A DNA stretch of 64,000 nt from Ignavibacteriota bacterium (GCA_963736195.1 CAVTNP010000004.1:627077-691076), one strand, 5' to 3'. Shown: positions 9,943-19,567, counted from the first letter of the stretch. A program made the numbers and translations. Notes: a model not told the origin generated them from the sequence alone.

Positions 9943-10617
9943 ATGATTGCAACACGCATATTTGACCCCTGCTTGTTTTCAACAGAAATATTTCGTGGTA
10001 TTTTAACATTTATCGGTGCGCTTTTCGGTGCATGGGGAGGCCTCTATTTACTTCAGTGGAGCAAGACCCGCCACAACGGAGGGAATGTTGATGTTGAGGT
10101 TCTCGAACCCTATGGTAATGAGACCAACATACGCGTTTTAAACCGCTCATCTTTCCCGTTGCATAATGTCATCCTTTATCTCACCGCTGAACACAAAAAA
10201 TGCGATGTCATGCCGAACCCGCAGGCTGTCATTAGGAAGCCAGATCTCGTCGTACATTTGTATGAGGATCGAATGGCATGGTGTCTCGAAGTCGATGGTC
10301 GGAATCATCCTAACATTGATATCTTTCCGAATGAGAGGCAGGCTGCCACGTTTGTCCGGTTTCATCCGAACGGTGAAATTGAATTGCCATCAGAACATAG
10401 ATTTGCAGGTGATGGCCAGCCTCCGAACCCATGGAGTAGGATATTTTTGAAAAAAGGCAATTACAACTTCTTACTAAAGATCGTCTCGGAAGATTCAACA
10501 GCTTCTTGCTGGCGTCTCAGAATCTTTGAAGGAAAGCTTGAACCAGCTCTTAAGATTAAATTAAAAGAATACTCTGAATTACTTGCCGCATATAAGCGAA
10601 ATTGGTTGACACAATAA
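9943..10617 (+). CDS. Hypothetical protein with N-terminal transmembrane helix
   Basis: 224-aa ORF, hydrophobic GILTFIGALFGAWGGLYLL, starts 3 nt after the upstream stop. Confidence 0.7.
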   Translation: MIATRIFDPCLFSTEIFRGILTFIGALFGAWGGLYLLQWSKTRHNGGNVDVEVLEPYGNETNIRVLNRSSFPLHNVILYLTAEHKKCDVMPNPQAVIRKPDLVVHLYEDRMAWCLEVDGRNHPNIDIFPNERQAATFVRFHPNGEIELPSEHRFAGDGQPPNPWSRIFLKKGNYNFLLKIVSEDSTASCWRLRIFEGKLEPALKIKLKEYSELLAAYKRNWLTQ

Positions 10618-10639
10618 TCCCGCGTTGCGGATCGACGGG

Positions 10640-10952
10640 GGATCTGTCGTCCCTCCGGGACTCTGGTTCTTAAAAAAATCCCGCACACCCCGCGCTTACG
10701 AACGGGGCTACAAATATGCCGCCGCTACGCGGCTTAGGAAACCCGAATTATTCCCCTCCCGCCCCAGCGGGAGGGGTTAGGGGAGGGTGTGCGAGGAGTT
10801 AACTCTATACTTTTAGAAAAATATCTCACTTCGGTCGGCGCCCTCCCCCGGCCCCTCCCGCTGGGGCGGGAGGGGAGAAAAATGAATCGTCGACCAAGGT
10901 TCTGCTTTGCTTCACCCTGGGCTATTGGGTACGTCGTGCCTCCGGCACTTTG
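10640..10952. repeat. Cluster of REP-like palindromes, including an inverted CCCCTCCCGC-N4-GCGGGAGGGG doublet
   Basis: GTCCCTCCGGGAC, GCCGCTACGCGGC, doublet at 10751-10787 / 10841-10877, and CACCCTGGGCTAT..GTGCCTCCGGCAC matching 37980-38013. Confidence 0.8.
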
Positions 10953-10978
10953 GGGTCCGTTATACGTTTTAGCATCAA

Positions 10979-11953
10979 ATGAAAGCAGCCGTTATCTATC
11001 AGAAGGGTGAATTGCCCCAGTACGTTGATTTCCCGGAACCTACCGTTCAAAATAGCGACGAAGTATTGGTGCAGGTGAAAACGGTTGCAATTAAACGCTT
11101 AGATAGGGGTCGCGCCGCCGGAACTCATTATTCCAGCGGTGCGGCTACGTCGCAGGCCAAGGTGATCGGCGGCGATGGAGTTTGTTTGCTTCCTGACGGA
11201 ACTCGAGTCTATGCGATTGGCGCGAGCGGTATGATGGCAGAACTCGCGACCATCGAGCAAGATCGCATTGTAGCGGTTCCCGACGCTCTGGACGATGCAA
11301 CTGCTGCGGCTCTTCCGAATGCCGTTATGGGTTCGGCGATGGGCTTGCGTTTCAAAGCGGATATTCAGCCCGGCGATGTAGTGCTCATCAATGGCGCTAC
11401 CGGCTTTACTGGACGGTGCGCCGTACAAATTGCCAAACACTATGGCGCAAAACGAGTGATCGCAACCGGCAGAAATCCGCAATCGCTTCAAAACTTATTG
11501 TCGCTCGGGGCAGATGAGCTCGTTTCCGTCGTTCAGGATGACGATCAATTTAGAGCACGGATTTCCACAATTCATTCTCGCACACCTATCGATGTCATCA
11601 TTGATTATCTATGGGGTCACACCGCAGAAATGATCCTCGCCTGTCTGAAAGGCGATGGTTCCTTTACTAACAAGATACGCTATGTGTCCATTGGCGGCAT
11701 GACGGGCGATCTGATCCAATTATCGGCCGCAAATCTGCGAAGCGTCGATCTCCAGTTGAGTGGGTCGGGGCTTGGCGCATGGTCGAAGCAGCAAGTTAGC
11801 CAGCTTTTTCGCGAAATACTTCCTGAAATGTTCCAGTTAGCATCCGAAGGCAAGCTCCAGGTTGAAACCATCACCGTTAAATTAGAGGACATTGCAGAGC
11901 TTTGGAACCTGGATGTTCCAAATGGTCAGCGACTTGTTGTGAAGATATCGTAA
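10979..11953 (+). CDS. Zinc-type alcohol dehydrogenase / quinone oxidoreductase (MDR family)
   Basis: MKAAVI N-terminus and VLINGATGFTGRCAVQIAKHYGAKRVIATGRN Rossmann motif. Confidence 0.9.
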   Translation: MKAAVIYQKGELPQYVDFPEPTVQNSDEVLVQVKTVAIKRLDRGRAAGTHYSSGAATSQAKVIGGDGVCLLPDGTRVYAIGASGMMAELATIEQDRIVAVPDALDDATAAALPNAVMGSAMGLRFKADIQPGDVVLINGATGFTGRCAVQIAKHYGAKRVIATGRNPQSLQNLLSLGADELVSVVQDDDQFRARISTIHSRTPIDVIIDYLWGHTAEMILACLKGDGSFTNKIRYVSIGGMTGDLIQLSAANLRSVDLQLSGSGLGAWSKQQVSQLFREILPEMFQLASEGKLQVETITVKLEDIAELWNLDVPNGQRLVVKIS

Positions 11954-12179
11954 TCGCGTTTTTTGCTACCGGCTGCGTGGTTTGTGTGGCCCGCATCCGA
12001 GGTCAACCGCAAGAGGTGCGCTCGTAGAAGCGGAAACTTGAACTTCCATGTGTTGAGTGCCAGGAACACGTATGATCGCTCATGCTCGGCTTCTTCCCGG
12101 AAAGGGTCACGGAAGCGGCGCTTCCGAGTACACTGTTTCCAAAGACAATTGGGAAAAATCAATTATTTTCTGGAATTAC

Positions 12180-12293
12180 TTGACTTCCGGAAATTGCCGC
12201 CGTATATTAGGTGGTGAGATGATAGGCACCTATATCAATTTTCCATTTCGAATTGAGAGTTAAGAGTAGGGGCTACGATCGTTCATTGACAAT
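12180..12293 (+). promoter_or_regulatory. sigma70-like promoter followed by boxA-like motif (copy A of repeated unit)
   Basis: TTGACT(12180)-17 nt-TATATT(12203); GGCACCTAT; GTTCATTGACAAT at 12281-12293. Confidence 0.65.
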
Positions 12294-12604
12294 TAGGCAG
12301 TAGTGTTCATTATGAACGAGTTCTTTGTGAAAAGGGATTGTGGATAACTTTTGCATCTTTTGGCGAAATTGGGTCCAGTTCGAGGGTGTCAGGGAACTCA
12401 GCAAGAAAAAAAAATGGCACCTATTGCTGGAGGAAAGCTGTTTTGCCTTTTATGTCATACGTACCCTGCCGTTCCAATTCTATCCATTATTCCGTGGTTG
12501 TTTCCGCGGTGTGGCTTGAAACTCGCCTGTTTTGTGTTATCACACGAACTTTGAAGAGGGAAATTGAAATTACCTCTCGCTAAGCATATCCTATTGAAGT
12601 ACCA

Positions 12605-13894
12605 ATGAAAATCAGACCATTCTTTTTTGCGACATTTTTTCTAGCACTTGTTCAAATCTTGCTTCTCGCGCCAAGGCCGGGTCATGCGCAAACACCCGGT
12701 GTGGAATCGGCATTACAGCAGGCAGTGCGGTGGAATGATACGGGCGCGATCATTACGGATCTGAACAACAATCCTAATCTGGTGAACCAACCGAATGAGG
12801 ATGGTTGGACTCCGCTTGCGACCGCGTCATTCGGCGGGAAAAACAAAGCCGCGCGGATCTTGCTTGAACGCGGCGCAAATGTAGATGTGCGGGATGAGGA
12901 CGGAGAATGCCCACTGAGCCTCGCGGCAGCCAACGGGCATGCGGAGATCGTCGAGATGCTCTTAGCGCATGGAGCTAAACCGAACACTCCGAATGAATCC
13001 GGAGAGACTCCCCTATTTCAAGCGTGTTCGAAAGGAAAAACAGAGGTGGTGAAATTGTTGCTCCAGGCGCATGCGGATATCCATCTGGCACGAACTGCGG
13101 ATGATATGACCCCCTTCGATGCGGCCTGCGAATCGGGCTACGATACGATCGCACAAATTCTGATCGAGCATGGCGCGCCAATAGGACGCGCGACCCATGC
13201 TCCGGACGTCGAATCGAATGGATTTACTCCGCTGCATTTTGCCGCCCAGGGTGGGCATACGAGCCTAGTAGCCATGCTCCTCGATCATGGCGCGAAGATC
13301 GATGCACGAGCTGCCAACGGAGATGAACCCATCCATTTGGCTACGAGCTGGCATGGCAATGACGCCACGCTTGATCTGCTGATGGCTCGCGGAGCTGATG
13401 TCAACGCGCTTAACAAGTTCCATCAGACTCCCCTGCATTTCGCCACCTGGGAAGTGCGAACTTCGGCAATGGTGAAGCTTCTTAGAAAAGGCGCTAACCC
13501 CAATATTGGTGACAGTGCCGGCGATTGCCCACTGCATCTTGCCGCTCACGCTGGAAGATCCGAGCTGATCATGGATCTCATATCGCTCGGTGCAAAACCA
13601 AATATGAAAAATGCGAAAGGGCAGACTCCCCTTATGCTTGCCGTGCAGGGGAACTACGACGCGCCTGTGGATTCCCTTATTTCCAATGGCAGCGACCCGA
13701 ATCTAAAGGATAAATGGGGCCAGACCTCTTTATTTTATCTGGATTCAGAGAACTTTCAATTTATCGCTTATCTTCTGAAGACCCACGGAGTCAACATGAA
13801 GGCTAAGAACAACGATGGTCTCACTGCTTCGGAGTTCTATCGCAGGAAAGGGTACGATACCGTTGTTCACTATCTTGCGGATCCCAACCATTAA
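12605..13894 (+). CDS. Secreted ankyrin-repeat protein
   Basis: Signal peptide followed by ~11 GxTPLHxAA-type repeats. Confidence 0.93.
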   Translation: MKIRPFFFATFFLALVQILLLAPRPGHAQTPGVESALQQAVRWNDTGAIITDLNNNPNLVNQPNEDGWTPLATASFGGKNKAARILLERGANVDVRDEDGECPLSLAAANGHAEIVEMLLAHGAKPNTPNESGETPLFQACSKGKTEVVKLLLQAHADIHLARTADDMTPFDAACESGYDTIAQILIEHGAPIGRATHAPDVESNGFTPLHFAAQGGHTSLVAMLLDHGAKIDARAANGDEPIHLATSWHGNDATLDLLMARGADVNALNKFHQTPLHFATWEVRTSAMVKLLRKGANPNIGDSAGDCPLHLAAHAGRSELIMDLISLGAKPNMKNAKGQTPLMLAVQGNYDAPVDSLISNGSDPNLKDKWGQTSLFYLDSENFQFIAYLLKTHGVNMKAKNNDGLTASEFYRRKGYDTVVHYLADPNH

Positions 13895-15177
13895 TGGCTC
13901 AATGGGGTAACCGCCAGATAAAGCGACAAGCGGAAGTGAAGCATGATGCGTATGCCGCACTGCGCGTTCGTGATTTTCGAATTCTCCTCTTTACGCGACT
14001 TGCGATTACCATCGCAAGTCAGATGGAGGTCGTCATCGTGCGCTATCAAGTTTATGGCCTTACCCACGATCCATTGCCCATCGGGATCGCTGGACTTGTC
14101 GAGGCTATCCCGTCGCTTATCGTCTTGCTTTTCGCCGGACAAATCGCCGACCGGATGGAGCGTCGGAAACTGGTCATCCTTTCACGGTCCGCACTTATTA
14201 TTTCTGCCGGAGGGTTGCTTGCTCTTTCGTTTACGATGCAGCAATTGTATCCCATTACCGGCATCTGGCCTATCTATGCGATGATCTTTATTGCCGGCGC
14301 CGCATCCGGTTTTTCAAGTCCAGCGCAGTTTGCGTATAATTCAGAGATCCTTCCAAAGGAATTGTATGCTAATGGCGCCGCTTGGAACAGTTCCACTTGG
14401 CAAACCGGTGCGATACTCGGGCCTACCCTTGGTGGATTGATCGCTGGGTTCTTCAGCATCTCTGCCGCGTATGGTGTCGATGTCGTTCTGACAGCCGCTT
14501 CCGTGGTGCTAGTGTTCCTTATTCCGGCGCGGCCGTTCGCACCGCGAGTGAAAGAAGAATCCCAAGTGCAGAGTATCGTCGCAGGATGGAAATTCGTGTT
14601 TCATAATCAGCCGATCCTCGGATCGATCTCGCTCGATCTCTTCGCCGTGCTCTTCGGAGGCGCTACTGCAATGCTTCCCGTTTATGCCAGCGTCATTTTT
14701 CATGTTGGTGCCCAAGGCTTGGGGTTGTTGCAGGCCGCACCATCCGTAGGTGCAGTACTGGTTTCAGTGCTGTTCGCTCATTACCGCTTGCGTGGTAGTG
14801 TTGGCAAACAGATTCTGCTCACAGTTGCAATGTTCGGAATTACGATACTGCTGTTTGCTATCTCCACGAATATCTATCTTTCACTTGCCTTGCTGGTGCT
14901 TTATGGTGCAACTGACAGCGTAAGCGTCATCATCCGCTCGACTGTCATTCAAATCATTACGCCCGACAACATGCGCGGACGCGTCGGCGCAATTAATTCC
15001 ATGTTCATCGGTACATCCAACGAGATCGGAGCCTTCGAATCAGGATTAGCTGCTAAGCTAATGGGGCTTGTACCATCCGTCATATTTGGTGGTGTGATGA
15101 CGCTCCTCACCGTCGGTGCAGTTGCGACCATTGCTCCAAAACTCCGCAGATTGCGTGGTGGAGATTTAGCGACGTAA
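13894..15177 (+). CDS. MFS transporter
   Basis: About 12 TM helices, GQIADRMERRK motif A, TPDNMRGRV. Confidence 0.92.
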   Translation: MAQWGNRQIKRQAEVKHDAYAALRVRDFRILLFTRLAITIASQMEVVIVRYQVYGLTHDPLPIGIAGLVEAIPSLIVLLFAGQIADRMERRKLVILSRSALIISAGGLLALSFTMQQLYPITGIWPIYAMIFIAGAASGFSSPAQFAYNSEILPKELYANGAAWNSSTWQTGAILGPTLGGLIAGFFSISAAYGVDVVLTAASVVLVFLIPARPFAPRVKEESQVQSIVAGWKFVFHNQPILGSISLDLFAVLFGGATAMLPVYASVIFHVGAQGLGLLQAAPSVGAVLVSVLFAHYRLRGSVGKQILLTVAMFGITILLFAISTNIYLSLALLVLYGATDSVSVIIRSTVIQIITPDNMRGRVGAINSMFIGTSNEIGAFESGLAAKLMGLVPSVIFGGVMTLLTVGAVATIAPKLRRLRGGDLAT

Positions 15178-15252
15178 TTTTATTCGAATCTGTAACTTTC
15201 TTGATTCTTTTGGGTTAGCATAATCGGGAAGATAAATATAGGGAGATACCGA

Positions 15253-15696
15253 ATGAACCAGTTTCAATACAACGCAACAACATTCCTTACACATGCCTCG
15301 CTACTGTGCGGAGTTGCACTGTTAACTATTGTATTAACAAACTCTTGTGCGTCGCACACGGTAAAGCCGGCGGCATTTCAGGACGGTATTACGATGCTAT
15401 CGAGTCCTGAGCCGGTATTGTTGTCGCGATCGGGGGCTGTCGATACCGTTCAAGTTTGGCTTTCATGCCGATGCCTTTATTCACTGTTACAAACGGGTGA
15501 GGGCGGAGATACCAGCATGTTCCAACTCCGCCGCATTGATCCCGATACCACGAGACTTCCCTTGCACGAGCTGGCCGTTACCACCTCACCAAAATGCCAA
15601 TCTAACCATCATTATTCAGCATGGTATGCATTTTCAACAATCGATCATTTTGGCAATACCAAATACGATACGGTGCATGTGAACGGGGATTTTTAG
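15253..15696 (+). CDS. Hypothetical exported protein/lipoprotein
   Basis: Hydrophobic N-terminus ending LTNSC; SD-like GGGAGA upstream. Confidence 0.6.
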   Translation: MNQFQYNATTFLTHASLLCGVALLTIVLTNSCASHTVKPAAFQDGITMLSSPEPVLLSRSGAVDTVQVWLSCRCLYSLLQTGEGGDTSMFQLRRIDPDTTRLPLHELAVTTSPKCQSNHHYSAWYAFSTIDHFGNTKYDTVHVNGDF

Positions 15697-15719
15697 AAGG
15701 AGTTCAGCTGGTTCAAACT

Positions 15720-15800
15720 GGAAATCTAACTACCAAAGGTTGCGTTTGAAATTAGAATTCCCAATATGTCATCGTCTTTATGCGTCTACTTTTGGTTCTT
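15720..15800 (+). repeat. Copy 1 of ~43-bp repeated motif plus 5' fragment of the tonB-like gene
   Basis: 15751-15800 is identical to 17706-17755; 15727-15762 is identical to 16648-16683. Confidence 0.85.
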
Positions 15801-15963
15801 TTACCCTCTGGCTCTCATACCAACAAACTATACCGATTTAGCCGACGAATGCGGAGCCCTTGGCGGCTTGATTTCAGGAATACCTAACCCGGTATCTATG
15901 GGTATGAACGCGCTTGGATCCGCTATTGGAGGTTCACTTTATGTAGCTTTGACAGGTGGTTAA
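15766..15963 (+). CDS. Small Gly/Ala-rich ORF, probably a chimeric fragment
   Basis: Start lies inside the duplicated segment; C-terminus GALGGLISGIPNPVSMGMNALGSAIGG is hydrophobic and Gly-rich. Confidence 0.3.
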   Translation: MSSSLCVYFWFFYPLALIPTNYTDLADECGALGGLISGIPNPVSMGMNALGSAIGGSLYVALTGG

Positions 15964-15997
15964 ACTAGCTCGGAAACAAATTTGTTTTATTTTTTAA

Positions 15998-16312
15998 GTG
16001 ATAAATTCGATAAAAAATACCAACATGCTTGGAGGGAAAGTGAATTTTCGTATTGCCGCAAAAATCACTTCACTTTCCCTCGTCGTTTGGTTGCTTACTA
16101 TCCTTACGAAGGCAGCGGTCGATTCGTACCCGGCTCCTGCCTTCTCATTCCATGATACAAGTCATTCCTGGGGAGCTTTATTTATACCAGAGCTTTTACT
16201 TGTTGCAAATTCAGCTTTCAAAATTGACAAAACCCCATTTGGGAAAAACGCCTTAGTTACAGGAGTCTTATCGATTGCTATTGCACTGGCGATGAGTTTG
16301 GCATACCGTTGA
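15998..16312 (+). CDS. Small membrane protein (3 predicted TM helices)
   Basis: Three hydrophobic segments; start may be GTG at 16040 after GGAGG. Confidence 0.55.
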   Translation: MINSIKNTNMLGGKVNFRIAAKITSLSLVVWLLTILTKAAVDSYPAPAFSFHDTSHSWGALFIPELLLVANSAFKIDKTPFGKNALVTGVLSIAIALAMSLAYR

Positions 16313-16339
16313 GAATTAGTAATCCTTTTAGAATTTCAA

Positions 16340-16566
16340 TCCCAAATCCGGCGCCAATTGGGAATCTAAGTCGTTTAAGTGGCGATGGTGGCATTGTATC
16401 TGCTGATGTTGTAGATGACGCTGGCCGAATTGTGCGTAATTATCGAATAAACGAGAATCTTCCAATCACGGAAATACCCACGCAAGGTCTTGCAGCAGGA
16501 ATGTATAATGCTATCCTTTTTCATTCCGATGGAAATTCGACAAGTGTGAAATTCGTAGTGGAGTAA
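16340..16566 (+). pseudogene. Orphan T9SS C-terminal-domain fragment duplicated from 16697-17599
   Basis: 16412-16626 is identical to 17445-17659 (offset 1033); no signal peptide or passenger domain. Confidence 0.75.
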
Positions 16567-16696
16567 GGATTCGTCAATACCCAATAGATGCCCTCCATGC
16601 TATGGGGATTTTAAGTCGAGGTTATTACGGCAATTTGGCCGGAAATTTAACTACCAAAGGTTGCGTTTGAAATTAGAATTCCCGCTTTTATAAATC

Positions 16697-17599
16697 ATGG
16701 CTTTAAAACGAACTGCTTTTTGGTTACTCTTGATTACCGCGCTCACGCCGCGCGGACTCGCTCAATCTCGAATAACATACGCTGACACAACAGATCCTAT
16801 AATAGATTGGCAAACTGACATGCAATGGGTTGGACCAGAAATAGTTTATGGCTACGGAGAACGATTCGATCTTCAGGTCAATACTGGAACTATCGATTCC
16901 GTCGACTTCGTCGTCGACGGCCTTGGTTCAGATTCCATAATTTTGGAACTGATGAAAGACACTATTGTTGATTACGTTGGTGTATATGAAAGTGTCCCAG
17001 ATCTTACGAGTAATCCCTTTCTTAAAATAACGATATACAATGAATCAATTAAACTCGGTTCCAGAACCCATATAGCCCTCCCAAGAGCTGTTGTTCCGGA
17101 TTCTTTTTTTGTGGTTCTCATTAATGATTCCAATGTCGTCAATGAGTACCGAAGTTATCAAACTCAACCTGAAAATCTTGGGGTTTTTCGTTCTGTATTT
17201 CTTTCTGTTGATACTCAGTATGGGTCCGGTGACTTCGCCGCCTATCTGAATCGCGCATTTTCAGACTCCAATAATAATCCGCTTTATGCCGAAATGGATA
17301 TTGGCGTTACATACGAGAGCTCAGAAGGTGTTCAAATGCATCTTTCGTCGTCACCCGTTTCAATCGAAGTTTATCCAAATCCCGCACCCAGCGGAAACCC
17401 AATTCGGTTAAGTGGCGATGGTTCCATGGTCTACGCCGAAGTACTAGATGACGCTGGCCGAATTGTGCGTAATTATCGAATAAACGAGAATCTTCCAATC
17501 ACGGAAATACCCACGCAAGGTCTTGCAGCAGGAATGTATAATGCTATCCTTTTTCATTCCGATGGAAATTCGACAAGTGTGAAATTCGTAGTGGAGTAA
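16697..17599 (+). CDS. Secreted protein with T9SS type A C-terminal sorting domain
   Basis: Signal peptide; C-terminal VYPNP...GLAAGMY...KFVVE. Confidence 0.85.
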   Translation: MALKRTAFWLLLITALTPRGLAQSRITYADTTDPIIDWQTDMQWVGPEIVYGYGERFDLQVNTGTIDSVDFVVDGLGSDSIILELMKDTIVDYVGVYESVPDLTSNPFLKITIYNESIKLGSRTHIALPRAVVPDSFFVVLINDSNVVNEYRSYQTQPENLGVFRSVFLSVDTQYGSGDFAAYLNRAFSDSNNNPLYAEMDIGVTYESSEGVQMHLSSSPVSIEVYPNPAPSGNPIRLSGDGSMVYAEVLDDAGRIVRNYRINENLPITEIPTQGLAAGMYNAILFHSDGNSTSVKFVVE

Positions 17600-17734
17600 G
17601 GATTCGTCAATACCCAATAGATGCCCTCCATGCTATGGGGATTTTAAGTCGAGGTTATTGCGGCAGATTGGGCCGGAAATTTAACTAACAGTGGTTGCGT
17701 TTAACATTAGAATTCCCAATATGTCATCGTCTTT

Positions 17735-18502
17735 ATGCGTCTACTTTTGGTTCTTGCTTCGGCAGCTTTTATTACAGTTAGTTCTCGCGTTCTAGCGCAA
17801 ACTACAGAGAACCCCACGCCGAATACTTTTGTCGATGTTTCGGATGAGCCGCACGAACTCGAACCTTTAGAAAATCTTATTGTCTATCCGGAAGCCGCAC
17901 GGCGCAGCGGGCTCGAAGGCAAAGTAACCGTTGATCTGCTTATCGCGAGCGATGGACACGTCGATAGCGTAATCGTGCAGCAATCCGACTACGATATATT
18001 CGAAGATGCGGCCATCGATGCGATCCAGCGCGCTCATTTCATACCGGCAAAGAATAACGGAATCCCAGTGAAAGTATGGGTCACACGAACGATCAACTTC
18101 AAACTACAGGGTGGATCCCAGCTAAAATATTTCAGTGGGCTGCTGGGTGCGAGCAAAGCTGAAGCCCTTGGCAGGTTTCAAGAGGTCGGCAATCTGGACG
18201 AAGAAGAAGAAACCGACGGAATTCATTTGCACGCAGAATCTCGAACCGGCTTCAGCAGGGGAAGGCATCCCTCAGCGCTCGATGGAATAATCGGCGATAA
18301 TGGTATGAACCAATTGACAATTTATTATCACTGTGAAAATGACGATGATTTTAACATAGTTACATCGATCTGGAAAGTCAATAAGTTTAGCGGCGGCAAG
18401 CTGACTTCTGTGTCTGCGCGGGCTGAATTCCCTTCTATGCTAATGTCCGTGGACCTGGATGCAGCCAAACGCACGCTGCGAATTAATCTGAGATCAAAAT
18501 AA
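17735..18502 (+). CDS. TonB C-terminal domain protein with signal peptide and extra C-terminal domain
   Basis: YPEAARRSGLEGKVTV...AKNNGIPVKVW TonB_C motif, very similar to 20747-21490. Confidence 0.85.
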   Translation: MRLLLVLASAAFITVSSRVLAQTTENPTPNTFVDVSDEPHELEPLENLIVYPEAARRSGLEGKVTVDLLIASDGHVDSVIVQQSDYDIFEDAAIDAIQRAHFIPAKNNGIPVKVWVTRTINFKLQGGSQLKYFSGLLGASKAEALGRFQEVGNLDEEEETDGIHLHAESRTGFSRGRHPSALDGIIGDNGMNQLTIYYHCENDDDFNIVTSIWKVNKFSGGKLTSVSARAEFPSMLMSVDLDAAKRTLRINLRSK

Positions 18503-18694
18503 ATAAGGTAGGCTGCCATATTGCAAATTGCAGGAACGGGTCTTGCCTTCCTGCAATTTACAGGGCTTCTTTTATATCGCATGGCGAATTTTGGCCTGAA
18601 AACGACAATTTTTGCTTTGGCATTTGGTTTTATAGAGATAGGGAAGGACGTGCAATGCGCGTCCCTACATTAACAATCACAACTTCACAAAATC

Positions 18695-19490
18695 ATGAAG
18701 AAAAATTCTCTTTTTTGTAACGATCGTCATCACCTCGGCATTCGTCGCAGCCGTACTGATCTATTCCTTCATTTTCGGATCGGATTCCCATTTCACAGAT
18801 GCCGCAACCAAAGAACATCCGAAGGATGTCATGGGCATTATCTATACCGGTGGTATCATTGTGCCGTTGTTGCTCATGCTGACCATCATGGTCTTCACGT
18901 TCATCATCGAGCGTTTCTTTTCGCTCTCCAAAGCCCAGGGATCTGGCAATATGAACAAGTTCTTGGCCAGCGTCGAATCCACGCTCGATGCCGGTAACGT
19001 CGATGCTGCCATCGATCTCTGCGCAAAACAGCGTGGCACCGTTGCAAACATTCTTCGTGCAGGTCTGGAAAGCTTTAAGAAAGTTCGCAACGATAATAAG
19101 ATGGAAGCCGCTCTCAAACTCGCTGAGGTAAAGCGTACCATCGAGGAAGCCACGAGCATCGAAACCCCGTTGCTCGAGCGAAATCTGATCGGCCTTTCAA
19201 CAATCGCTTCTATTTCAACAATGGTCGGTCTGCTTGGAACAGTACTTGGTATGATCCGGTCGTTTCGCGCTCTTGGTGAGCAAGGCGCTGCAAGCGCAAC
19301 GCAGCTTTCCATCGGTATTTCCGAGGCGCTTGTCAATACGGCATTCGGAATTTTCGGTGCTATCATCGCGATCGTATTCTATAATTTCTTCACCACCAAG
19401 GTTGATAGTTTTATTTACACGATCGATGAAGCCGCGCTGAACCTGGTCGAACAGCTCGATACACGCTTTTTAACGAAAGCATCGGCCTAA
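18695..19490 (+). CDS. exbB: MotA/TolQ/ExbB proton channel protein (apparent +1 frameshift at 18701-18716)
   Basis: STMVGLLGTVLGMI and GISEALVNTAFG motifs in 18831-19490; removing one base from the A5 or T6 run joins ATG 18695 in frame and restores an N-terminal TM helix. Confidence 0.9.
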
Positions 19491-19567
19491 TTTGGTAGCC
19501 ATGGGCTTTGGCCCGCGGTCACATATAAATTTAATCATATCGTACCCTTATGGGTACGACTATAAAC

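Noticed and set aside
12072-12083. Reverse-complement match to the ATGAGCGATCAT hairpin of the large RNA candidate
   Set aside because: Only 12 nt long, and the neighbouring wobbles favour the opposite strand; likely coincidence.
15720-17718. 43-bp motif as CRISPR repeat or integron attC
   Set aside because: Spacing is ~1 kb, there are no cas or intI genes, and it lacks proper attC length and box structure; duplication of a promoter explains it better.
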